Assembly: GCF_006345805.1 (NCBI RefSeq) | Contig: NC_042997.1 | Location: 82,212,001 to 82,276,000, forward strand | DNA: 64,000 nucleotides | Source of the DNA: Octopus sinensis | Taxonomy: Eukaryota | Direction of reading: 5' to 3' | Shown: piece after piece, positions 49,201 to 60,567 of the stretch | How positions within the stretch are numbered: position 1 is the first letter of the stretch | Layout: the number at the start of each line of letters is the position of its first letter | Program-made: the position numbers and the translations under genes | Notes under the pieces: generated by a model | What the model was told of the DNA's origin: nothing | Database searches by the model: none | What the model saw: the letters and a program-made list of their open reading frames with translations, nothing else

Positions 49201-51689
49201 GGAAAATATGGAAGGATGTCGAAAGGAAGTTGTGGATGAATGACCCTGCTTATAATCCCCACTATAGTAAAGTAGTACTGTGTAGCCGGTGGACTTGACG
49301 GCCAAGGTTCAGAAATTTTTAATCAGATTTAAATACATCATCATATTTTTAAAACTCATTTATGAACCCGTGAACACTTTTTGTTGGTGATGTCCTGTAG
49401 TGTCCTCTCTATGTACGATAAATATTATCATAATAAAAACAACACATCTCTCCAGTCGTGTCAGGCGTTTTTGGTTGTTGCTTACTTGTGTTCGTGAGTT
49501 CAAATTTATCATATATTTAATGTTTTATTCTTATTGTTGCACTTGTTGGAATTGAACTGTTATTTTTGCCTTTTGGGGTAGAAAATTCTAAGATTTTGAA
49601 ATATTGTTGTGAAAGCGACAACTGTGATTAGAACTGCGATTTTTACCCTTTGCAGGATAAAAAGTATTTTGTGTCAAAAATATTTTTGGCGAAATGTATT
49701 TTTCATCTAATTTTATTCCTTTTTAAAGGAATTTGTTTACTGTGAAAATTTTTCACGTTATGGAGTACAATCTGTTGTCGAAAGATTTCCCGGAGATGGA
49801 AAAGGTTAAAAATAATGAAAATTTAATGTAAGTGCAAAAGCAAAAGCAAAGATTTTCGGCCGCGGTAGGCGCCAACATGATAGCAATGGAAATTACAATA
49901 GCAGAACCTTTTAAATATAGGAACCTTGTCAAAAAATAGGTAATGATACAAAACTACTCTCTCCTCAAGAGGTTTTACAGAATATTACGGCAAAAACTGT
50001 GGTATACAAAACGTACAGTATGAAAGAAAAGAGAACTACGACATTAAAAGTGAGGCGATAGAAAAATGTTTGTTGCCAGTCTGGAACGGAATAATTTACA
50101 TCGGTGGTGAAAGAAAGCATGCCACGGTCGAAGATCAATTCGCTGATGAAAAAAGCAAAGGAATTATCTACAATATCCTTAAAAAATGAAGAGGTGATAT
50201 TACCGCCGACGTACTTGGACAGACGAACCGCTAAAATTAAAGTGGGAGAAATTTCGGCAGATATCGACGTGATATGGTTAGCAGCAGCCATTACTTATGA
50301 TCTGGAAGAGAAAATAAGTATTCTGCAAATGCAGAAAAAGGAAGCAGAAAATTGGGAAGGTCAGTCCCTTGAGATGGTGGTTCAAGCAACTTCTGAAATC
50401 CTTGAAAGGCTGCCGGATAGATTTTTTATTGGCGAGGGGTCGGACTAGAAGGACCTAGGTAGCGTTGCTTCAAATGCGGCGAGAAAGGTCACGTTCGCTT
50501 AGACCGCGAAGCAAAGAACAAAGACCCTCCACAACAAGAACTACAGAGCGTGGATGAGAAAAAAACCAGCAAGACAAATAAAAGTTACACAAGAACCCAA
50601 AGAAACAAGACCAGACAAAACCATAGCGGCAACGATACAAACCACAGAAGAACGTGACGAAATGGAGTTTACCACTGTTAAATACCCCAAAAGAAAAAAG
50701 GCTCCAGCCCCAGACTCCCCACCCATACAAAGAAAACATCAAAAGCAAAAGCAGACACACACGAAAAAATCCCACAGATCACCCCTTGTTAAAACCCATT
50801 TCCCATTCCTACCTCAAGACGCAGAACAAAATTATTTCTTTTAATGAGAATAATAAGGTGCTTGCCACAGTAATTCGAGCTCACCATAAAGCTCAAGTGC
50901 ATAAAACTAGAAAAGACATGCTAGAATGGAGGTGGACTTATTCACGGAATTAAAAAGAAAACAGGTCTCAAGACGACATCAATGATGTTAGCAAAGAGAT
51001 GTGCGGCCAAAGTTTTATGGTTAGTCCAGCGACTACACCACAGAAGAAAAAGGATGGGGAGGAAGCTGAATTCGTGTAGTCCCTCCCCAAGCTAAACATG
51101 TAAAGTAGTACGGTGAAGCTGGTGGACTTCACGGCTAAGGTTTAAAATTTTAAAAATTATATTTAAATACATCATCATATTTTTAAAACCTATTTATGAA
51201 CTCATGAACACGTTTTCTTTGTGATGTCCTGTAATGTCCTCTCTATGTCCGATAAATATTATAATAAAGAATATATCTCTAGCAGACGAAGTGTCCAGCA
51301 CTGAGGAAGGGCGGAAATAGCTCGAAACCAGGTTGGTCTGTTGTCCCCGTCACTAAAGATGATCGGGGTTTGCTCCCCTACCCGCAATATATCGGATGCA
51401 GGCTGCATCATTAACCAGCAAAAGGAAAGTTGAAGTGGCGACAAACATTACTTATGTGTTTATATTTTTACGTATACAATTTATACTGAATGTTTTGCCC
51501 ACTCACACCTTTTACTGTGTCTGTGTGTTGGAGCTTGTTTTTTTTTTCAATATTTCTTGTTTCTTGTTATTCATACCCTTACTCTTTCTTGCACCCATTT
51601 TTGCCGCGCTTTATTATCAAGCCTTTGAATTCAGTCCCCTACTATTTCACTGAAAGCTTTATATGATACATCACATCATATACATGTAG

Positions 51690-51900
51690 GGTGGCAAGCT
51701 GGCAGAATCGTTAGCGTGTTGGACAAAATGCATAACGGCATTTCGTCCGCCTTTACGTTCTGAGTTCAAATTCCGCTGGCGTCGACTTTGCCTTCCATTC
51801 TTTCGGAATTGCTAAAATAAGTGCCGGTTGAGCACTGAGGTCGATATAATTGATTTACCCCACCCCCGGATTTGTTGGTCTTTTGCCAAAATTTAAAAGT
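51690..51900 (+). mobile_element. Diverged copy of the main SINE; further copies at ~52060-52170 (-), ~59121-59320, ~60915-61090 and ~61140-61270
   Basis: GGCAAGCTGGCAGAATCGTTAGC...GAGTTCAAATTCCGC...GTCGACTTTGCC similarity. Confidence 0.85.
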
Positions 51901-52642
51901 AATATTTAATGTACATGGAGCATTAAGTCGTCTCTTCACCCCTCTGTCTACCCTATCACTGTAATAGTTATTTCCTCGTTATATTTTTCTCTAATTTTCT
52001 TTCTCTCTTTTCGTGTTTTAATATTGATTTCAAATTATCTTATTGAGGCCAACAAGATAAAAGGGGAAGTCAACCTTGGTGGTATTTGAACTTAGAACAT
52101 AAAGATGGATGAAATGTCGGTAAGCATTTTGCTGGGCGTACTAACGAGTTTGCCAATTCGCCGCCTTTCTTTCCTTTTTAATATTAGTGCATTTTTATTT
52201 GTTTACTTATTTTAATCTCGATTATAACGTTTAATCATCAATTTTAATTTTGTATCTTTTCTGCTTGGTTTTCATTTTCCTTCAATTTTGTTTTAATTGA
52301 TTTTAAATTTGCAGTATTGTTGTAGTTTTGTATTCTAATTATGGAAATGAAATCCATTTTTGCTATAAATTAATGAATAAAAAGTTAATAGCTTTTAAAG
52401 TTTGTAAATTTTGGTTAATTTTAGCCTATCGAAAGCCACAGACATATTAGTGCCTGTTTCCATAGTAACAAATCAAGCTGTTCTTTTAGTCTGCTTGTTG
52501 GTCCTTTTGCTGTCCTACCCCATCACGCATTGTTCACATTGTCTTTCCCTGCTTTTACCCGTCTCGTGTTTTCTGAACTATAGTTTTTTTGTTTTGTTTT
52601 CGTAATTTAACGTTCTCGCTACAAAATATGTATCATTTACAT

Positions 52643-52962
52643 CAATGTTTCCCAACCTAATTTCCCCTAGGCCCTACTATAACTCTCCAGAAAAATGTAT
52701 GCCCCGCTGGTGGCTGGGAAAAAAACACAACTGTATTTTTAATATTTTTGTAAATAATCGTTTAATAAGAAAAAATCTACCAGTAACTCTTTTTATTAAG
52801 TACTGAGTACAAAACTGAAAGTACATTATTGACTAAGAAAAAAAAAAGAAAAAGATTTTCACAATTCCATGTCTTATTTAAAAAAAACATTGGATCCCTT
52901 ACCCACTACAATTTTCCTCGGCCCCACCGGTGGGGCATATACCCCCACGTTGGGAATCACTG
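52643..52962. mobile_element. hAT (Charlie-like) MITE
   Basis: Termini CAATGTTTCCCAAC and GTTGGGAATCACTG; TSD not convincing. Confidence 0.55.
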
Positions 52963-53379
52963 GCGTACACGGACTGAACTGCAGTTTGTTTTTTTCGTAA
53001 TGTCTGTTCCCACATTTCACATCACTTTATTCATTAAAACTTATTAAAACTGCCATCGTTGAATGTTTTGTCGTTGTAATATTGTCATCAGTCATCGTAT
53101 TAATGTCATCACGCAGAAAATGCCAGCTTTTCCGATTGGGTAAAAAATATCACACTTTAAACCTCTAACATTTCTCGACAATTTTTTTTTTTTTGATCAA
53201 GTGAATAACAACATCAGATTCAGCGTGAAAAATTGCATCAATCTACCAAATTTGAAAAGGCTAACTTAATTTTAAAATTTCAAAAAGTGAAACCAAACAG
53301 AAAAGGTCCTAATGCGATAGTACTTTACACCATCTTGGGTATCCGGGTACTATTTTCTCTGTCTTGTTTTGCACCTATG

Positions 53380-54060
53380 AGCTTACTTGTGTGTGTGTGT
53401 GTGCATTATCTGAAATGGGGTGGGTGGCGTGGTAAACAGTTTATTCTGTGAGGTATCCGCCTTATAGGTGTGTGTGTGTGTGTGTATGGGTGCCTTGGTG
53501 TGTACTTTGGTCAAACTATTTTTGCCAGACTCAAGGGCATTGGTGGAAGGTTGTTTGCGGAAGGTCGAAGCAGGTAGACCAAGACCCGAGGCTGAGGCAG
53601 GATGCTCATGCAGGGGTAACACAACTTGCCCACTAAACGGCCACTACAATACGGAAACAGTTGTTTACGAGGCAGAAGTAACAGCAACAAGACCCAATGG
53701 ACAACCGTGCGGAAGTATGTGGTGGGGCAACGGAAGGCCTCTTCAGAACCCGCTTTAATAACCACAAGTCCTCATTAAACATTCCAGAGAGACGTAACGT
53801 CACAGCTTTAGCGAAGCATGTCTGGACTTTGAAAGAAAGCTCCACGGAATACAGCATAGAGTGGAAGATCCTAGAAAGAGGTAAACCGTATTTCAATAGC
53901 AGCAGGATGTGCAGATTATGCCTCGCTGAGAAGAGAGTAATCTTAAAAGGTACCCAACACCCGGATATGTAGCTGAATAGCAGGAGTGAGGTATTTAATC
54001 CTTGCCCGTATGAAAGGAATTACAATCTATCGTACCTGCGCGCCCCACCATGATTGCAAT
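53380..54060 (+). mobile_element. PLE GIY-YIG 3' fragment
   Basis: CSCRGNTTCPLNG...VVYEAEV; G.TEG.FRTRFNNHKSS; ALAKHVW.LKE..EWKILE.GKPY..CRLCLAEK. Confidence 0.85.
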
Positions 54061-54710
54061 CACAGCCCCCCTGCCTCGACCTTCCGCAGTGTGCCATTTT
54101 CAGCAATTTGCATACAAAAAATAAACCCATAGATTTAGTGAAAGACAAAACACAATTATAATCGAATTACAAAATACAGAAACAAAAGAAAGACCATTGT
54201 CAAGTTGACTATATATTACAATTCTATCTTCATCGTCAGATTATAAAGAAGAAAAGACAAAATAGAATGAAGAATAAAACTAAGTGTTTAGAGATAATGC
54301 GATGAACTGTTGAAGACTGACCATCTCTGTTTCCTTGAAGGATCTAAGTCACTTCCTGCCCTTCACACCCAAACATCTGGTTCTTTTCTAAACCCGAATC
54401 AATTTCTATATCAAGTTAATTTAAGACTGTTTAGCTTTTATATCCTTTTTGAAACAATTAGAAAAATATGTCAGTTGGTAAACTCCCGTATACATACATA
54501 TATTTTCAAGATCTTTTAATCCCTTCCGAAGAGGTGCTATGCATTTTAATGTGTGCAGATAAACTCGTGAAAAAGTACTCCGAAATAGTTATTAGATGCA
54601 ACCACAATCTAAAATGCTAATTTTTGTTGTTTGGTAAAAGCAATATCTAAAATTCTACTGATGCAATTTCCTTATTTTACTTTAATTTTACTCTCTTATA
54701 TTGTATTTAT

Positions 54711-54860
54711 CGTGGTAAGAAGCTTGCTTCCCAACCACATGGTTCTGGATTCAGTCCCACTGCGTGGCACCTTAGGCAAGTGTCTTCTACTATAGCCTCG
54801 GGCCGACCAAAATCTTGTGAATAGAATTGGTAGACGGAAACTGGAAGAAATCTGTCGTAG
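54711..54860 (+). mobile_element. Second tRNA-derived SINE family
   Basis: GTGGTAAGAAGCTTGCTTCCCAACCACATGGTTC...GGCACCTTAGGCAAGTGTCTTCTACTATAGCC; a degenerate copy lies at ~59935-60000. Confidence 0.65.
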
Positions 54861-55095
54861 GTAGGTAGATAAGTAGGTAGGTAGATAGGTATGTATGTAT
54901 GTATGTATGTACGTATGTATGTACTTGCTGCTGAACCCGGCGTTGCTCGTGTTTTCCGTGTTGGAGTTAAGTCCACTTCTGATCTTGCATTGAAATCTTC
55001 TACGTTCCCCGTGCTAACAATTACCCATTAAGATGTTATATCTGGCTCGGCAGAGATTTTACCCGGTTAACACTAACAGACAGACACCATTACAG

Positions 55096-55133
<38 letters not shown>

Positions 55134-55137
<4 letters not shown>

Positions 55138-55453
55138 GAAATGAAGAAAATGCTGACAAAATAATTTAAGTAAGGGAGAGTGTATTTAATTAGGTGAAAG
55201 TTCTTTTTACCGGTTGCGCATTTGTTATGCTTATCAAAAGATATTTTTTTAAGAGCGATAGAGTTCCTTTCTGATAGATTTTTTTCTCTTATCTGGATAA
55301 GAGAAAAAAATCTATCAGAATGGAACTCTATCTCTCTTAAAAAATATCTTTTGATAAGCATAACAAATGTGCAACCGGTAAAAAGAACTTCACCTAATTA
55401 AATACACTCTCCCTTACTTAAATTAATTTGTCAGCATTTTCTTCATTTCCTTT
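55134..55453. repeat. Near-perfect palindrome, ~160-bp arms, 2-nt spacer
   Basis: Centre ...CTCTTATC-TG-GATAAGAG... at 55293/55296. Confidence 0.95.
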
Positions 55454-55689
55454 TTTTATATATCACAACTCGTGTTCCACATCTCCTTTTTTAAATATAT
55501 ATAAACATTAAAGCGAGTAACCACATCAAAGTGGCAGATGAATGTTACTATTGTCCTCATTATGTCTATACACACACATACACACTCACACACACACACA
55601 TATATATACAAGCAAAAATAATAACACTAATATCTCATTTTGACAAATATATTCACCAAAATTACATAAACATATCTTGAAATACTAAA

Positions 55690-56250
55690 GAGTAAATTTA
55701 TTCAATAAAATTGCCATTGGCTTCAACCACGGCTTCCAGACGACTTCGGAATCTCCTGCAACTCTTCTGTTGAAGTTGTTAAATGCTGCAATAATCCTTG
55801 CATTCAGTTCATCTTTGTTGGTAGAAAACTTTTCTTGGTCTCTCGTTCAACTGCGCCCCATACATTATAATCAAAGGGGTTACAGTCTGGAGAGATAGGT
55901 GGCTCTGGTCGAAGAAATTGTCTGACAGCCATGACTAGGTTTTCCTACTTGTGTGGCACGGTGCAGAATCCTGTTGCCAGATATAGGGTTTTCTAGCAGC
56001 GACCTTCTTGACTCAGGACAGAACTACCTCTCCCAGGCACTTGATGTAGGCCTCAGTGTTGAGTCTGAGACCGCGTGGGAAGATAAATGAAGGCATAGTG
56101 TCGCCATCACTAGTGATCACTCCAAACACCTTGATGTTGACCGGATGTTTGATTTTTATTACTCTCGGTACATGCACTGTTCTCAGATTGACACCCAAAC
56201 TCACTGAAATGTTCGTATTGGAGCTTCCGGCAAAATTTCAAGCTGTACAG
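55690..56250 (-). mobile_element. DD37D (maT)-like transposase catalytic-region fossil
   Basis: KHPVNIKVFGVITSDGDTMPSFIFPRGLRLNTEAYIKCLGEVV; WQQDSAPCHT. Confidence 0.75.
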
Positions 56251-56399
56251 GATATCCTTATTGTGACTATATATATGTATACATATGTAAATGGATGTGT
56301 GTATTTTTCTCTTGTTTACAATTTAACACGGAAAAATAAACAGTTACCAGGACAGCAACAAATCACACAAGTAATAAGGACGTAACACCCTGTTTGTAA

Positions 56400-57180
56400 A
56401 GGTAGAAACTCCAGGTTGATGTGAAATGTTTTGTATAATATATATAAATAAATAAATAAATGAATTTAAACGCAGGTCTTATTCAAATTCTTTTACTTCC
56501 GACATATGTTTCGAAGACAAAATTGGCATTATTCCAAAGGAATAAAATGGAGTGAAACAATGTAATCTTCTCATTAGGGAAAGAAAGAAAGGAACCAAAC
56601 TCATCAATAAAACATTCTAACAGAATGCATTGGATGTGTATAATGATGAACGGAACGCTATTAAGTTTTTTTTTAAACTGTTAGAAGATATAACGTCAAA
56701 TGTAGTCTATAGAAAGAGAAGGGGAAACGAAAAGAAATAAGCAGAAAACTAATAAAGGAGAAATATAGAGCGATATGTGAATTAAAATAAACGCTTAAAG
56801 GCTTGGAAATAGATATATCAAGTGGAAGTCAATGTTAGAAGAAAATCAATGTTCAAAATATATAGAATGGTAGATATCACTTATATGAACTAAAGGTATG
56901 TTTCTGCCAATGTTTACATCGATAAGCACGCTCTATAAACGTGGTTACAAGAGGACTCTTAGAAAAAAAGAATAGAAAATAGTTCACTTTTACAGAGTTG
57001 GCAGAATTCTTTGCCTTTATCATATGGGAATGAAATGGAGAGAATCAACCATCTAAATTAAATTGCTTATTATGGTCTTTTAGATACCAAATTAAATTAC
57101 TAAGCCCTGTGCTGTTGCGTTTATTGCTATTCCTAAATGTAGAGTAATGACTAGAAATTCTTTTAGATAACTAAGAAGAA

Positions 57181-57269
<89 letters not shown>

Positions 57270-57780
57270 CAGTACCGGAAGTAATTTTACAGTGGTATAT
57301 AGAATTTTTTCATCTCAGAATTACTGGACATAAACTTAATTTTGTTGGAATTGACTTCAGAGACAATAACCTTGTTGTTAATATTTCTAGGGAGATGGTT
57401 AGTATTAGCTAAATTAATGTTATTATTTTTAGTAATTGGATTCTTATTTAACAGACTAATATTATATGAAGAGATAATTTGTGAAAGGTTTTTTGTGTTC
57501 GAAAAACTAATCCTGTGTGCGAGTTGATAATCGAATAATACATAGAATTCTTTGGAAAATTCCTAATAATAGCTTCCTGGAACTGGAACGGAAGATTAAA
57601 TTTAATTTGCCTCCCATAAGGAATAATCAACCAAATAGTTTTACTGGTAGTTGCCTTATTTTTAGTGTAACTATCTTTAAAAGACATCGATTTACCTTTA
57701 GAATGAAAAAAAGGGAGTTAAATAACGGTTACCTCCCTTACGCTGTAAAAAAAACATTCCTTTGATTGGTATTGGCGTCT
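56400..57780 (-). mobile_element. Decayed PLE 3' half with a hammerhead-like motif in the UTR (56496-56583)
   Basis: IWLIIPY..NFPKN linker; PYDKGKEFCQLCKSELFSIL. UTR reads TTTCC-CTAATGA-GAAGA...TCTTC-GAAAC ATAT GT-C-GGAAG. Confidence 0.65.
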
Positions 57781-57883
57781 GAATTATACCTAAATTCGTT
57801 CATGTCGTTACAACTAGATTTCATGTCTCTATTACTAAAGGTAGAATAAGATTGAAAATAATTAATGTAGGTAACTTTCTCTG

Positions 57884-58690
57884 TGTAGCATGGCAGTTTC
57901 AGCCATTTTGAAATATGACTGTAGCGGTTTCTGATATCCTCACTTTTTGAAAGACACGACAGGAATTATCTCGTTTGAGGTTACAGCCATCTTTGGCCGA
58001 GTTGTTCCTGTTGTAACCACTAACCTGATTGGTTGACATGTGACGCGATTTGTCTCTACTCATTTCGCGCCACTGTCCCAAGCCAACCAATCACGGCCTT
58101 TGGTTAAGGTCCCATTTCTTAGGCTCGTTTGAGCCACCTTACTTGTATATAAGGGAGTGAATCCCTTCACCAAGGTCTTTGGTTCCAGTCCTTGTAAAAC
58201 TAACTTCAGACCACAGTGCTACTCAACCCAGCGATATACGATTGCTCCTGCTACAACTAGCGACGACGCTAATGTACACTCACCACAGAAAGCCTACTAT
58301 CTTCGCCGTCGCCACCATCATGTACCAACTTCGAGTCGCCTCCTAACATCTTCGCCATACAAACTGTAAACCAATTTCCATTATTAACTCAATGCTTTGT
58401 ACCTTTCTATGCTACACGCATTCACCCTGATTGTATCTGTCACACACACGGACACACAGACACAAAAACGTGTTGCATACGCACATACGTGCTAACACTT
58501 ACAAACCTCTAACATCAGCACGATTGTAAATAAAATAATATTTATCTCTCAACCGAAGGCTTGTCGTCAATTCACCTATGTTCTTTTGGTACTGCATTGT
58601 ATTTATGGCTTATAATAATTCGTTAAGAATATGACCACGTGCGATCGTATTCCCTACACAATGCGACCACATGCGTTCATATTTCTTACA
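57884..58690 (+). mobile_element. Solo LTR (807 bp, TG...CA)
   Basis: Termini TGTAG...TTACA. ATTGG at 58028, CCAAT at 58087, TATATAAG at 58146-58153, AATAAA at 58529-58534; followed by CATG. Confidence 0.75.
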
Positions 58691-58880
58691 CATGCAACCC
58701 TTCTGACGGCCCACGCCACCCCTGTGTTTCAGACTAAGTATCCTGCTTCTGTGATGGCGTTTGAGCTGCGACAAGTATCATGGAAGTGTCATGGATCCAC
58801 ACTTCATTGAATCTGGCTTGACGATCGGCACAAAAGAGTATCTGGACATCCTAAAGAACTCTGTTACCTTGGATCGTCAT
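58691..58880 (+). mobile_element. 3'-side fragment of the maT-like transposase
   Basis: CNPSD, then PVFQTKYPASVMAF and MDPHFIESGLTIGTKEYLDILKNS, with small indels. Confidence 0.7.
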
Positions 58881-60295
58881 CTTCACAAGTCTCGGAGGGC
58901 CTAAGATGGCACATCTCCTTCGTTGAAACCAAAGCAATATATAAAAAACACGAAACTTTTGAAAGCCCATACATTACAATGAAAGCCAATTCTAAGATGC
59001 GCTCTTTCACCTCCTCATCAATGACCTTATTATCAAGTGTTATATTATCTTATGAAAGTGTCGCCATTTATGATATACTCCAACAGATATCTATCCATTC
59101 CATCAATAATATTGCTTAGTAGGCGGCGAGCTGGCAGAATCGTTAGCACACCGGACGAAATGATTAGCAACATTTCGTCCGTCTTTACATTCTAAGTGCT
59201 TATTCCGCCGAGGTTGACTTTGCCTTTCGGGGTCGATAAAATAAGTACCAGTTGAACACTGGGGTCGATGTAATCGATTACTCCTCCCCTAAAATTACTG
59301 ACCTCGAGCCAAAATTTGAAACTAATAATGTTGCTTACTGTATATTTCTTTTTCACAGGTGCTAGTGACGTGAGGTATTGTTGCAGTTAAAAATTTAACT
59401 GTGCTGTTGCAGTATATTTTGTTCTGTATTAGACTATAATATTGCCACACAACAACAGTGTATTCGTAATTGTCATTAAAAGTACTTTTTTATAGAGTAC
59501 AGACATTTATCCTTCCATAATGTAAATGTAAATGTAAATAAGAATAGCAAAGAAAATATATTTTTGCAAATATATCCACAATCCTACTGCATATTAATAG
59601 AATTCCACATCGTTATGCTTCGTTGAATTAATTCTCTAATCTATTATATCAGTGGTTTTCATGGAGATATTTTAGCTGGAATGTATAGAAAATTTTTACA
59701 CTAGTCAAACAGTCATCACTTGTTAAACCAGTTGAAGCTCTTTAGTACATTCTAAATGAAATAGCATACTCGTGTCGTCAAAAATACTGACAGTTATCAA
59801 ACTATCAGGTGATGATTCACCTTAACTGAGTATATTTTCTAGATGAACGTATTTACACAGCTTGGAAATCCCATTTTACACGAAGCCTTCTTTTATTCTA
59901 ACCAGGTGATTTTCGAATAAGGCATGTAGCAGGCATGATTATGGTTAAGAAACTGGCTTCACAACTACGTTGTTTCAGATTCTGTTTCTCATCCAAGGAA
60001 AATGTAGTCTTAGCTACACTGTGTTTGCAAGAAGATGAGTTCCCGCTCAATAAGGGTGAACCTAGGATTTAACAATAACAATACTTAGCTCTTAACTAAC
60101 TCAATCAACAGGTAACAAAAGTAAGTACAACTTATAACTCTAAACAACGGCATCAATGAAGTATAATTTCGTTAGTTGTCAATACAGGATACAAAAGCTA
60201 TTTTGGGCATATATATTAACAACATAGCTAAGGGAAAGAATTCAGGGAAATGTTCCACAGACTAAATGCATATACCTTGGAGTTTCCCTTTAGCT

Positions 60296-60567
60296 CAGTG
60301 GTTCCCAAACTTTTTCAGGCTGCCGCCACCTTGGATCTTTGTCACATTCCTAGTGCCCCCACCGCTCACCATCACAGATATAGACCATTTTTTGAAGCAA
60401 GTTCAAAACAACAGTATTTCACAAATAAATCTTAACCTAATGAACTCGTTGTTATATTTGGGGCTTTTTTTTACATCCATTACCCCATTTTGGTCACCCC
60501 ATTATCGCCCCATTTTTTTTTTCAAAGCCATCCTAGATCTTTCCACCGCCCACTTTGGGAACCACTG
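60296..60567. mobile_element. hAT (Charlie-like) MITE with an 8-bp TSD
   Basis: CAGTGGTTCCCAAA...TTTGGGAACCACTG; flanks CTTTAGCT / CTCTAGCT. Confidence 0.85.

Larger units (their letters stand above)
44205..51280 (+). mobile_element. Head-to-tail array of four Tx1-like units, family 2 (ORF2 3' piece; 5'UTR+RT; ORF1-only; ORF1-only)
   Basis: Junctions ...AAT(A/G)AA...ATCTCT|(C/A)CCA..TCGTGT at ~44926, ~48181 and ~49451; the last unit ends ATCTCT at 51280. RT motifs HLDQSKAFDRV and AYADD lie in unit 2. Confidence 0.85.
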
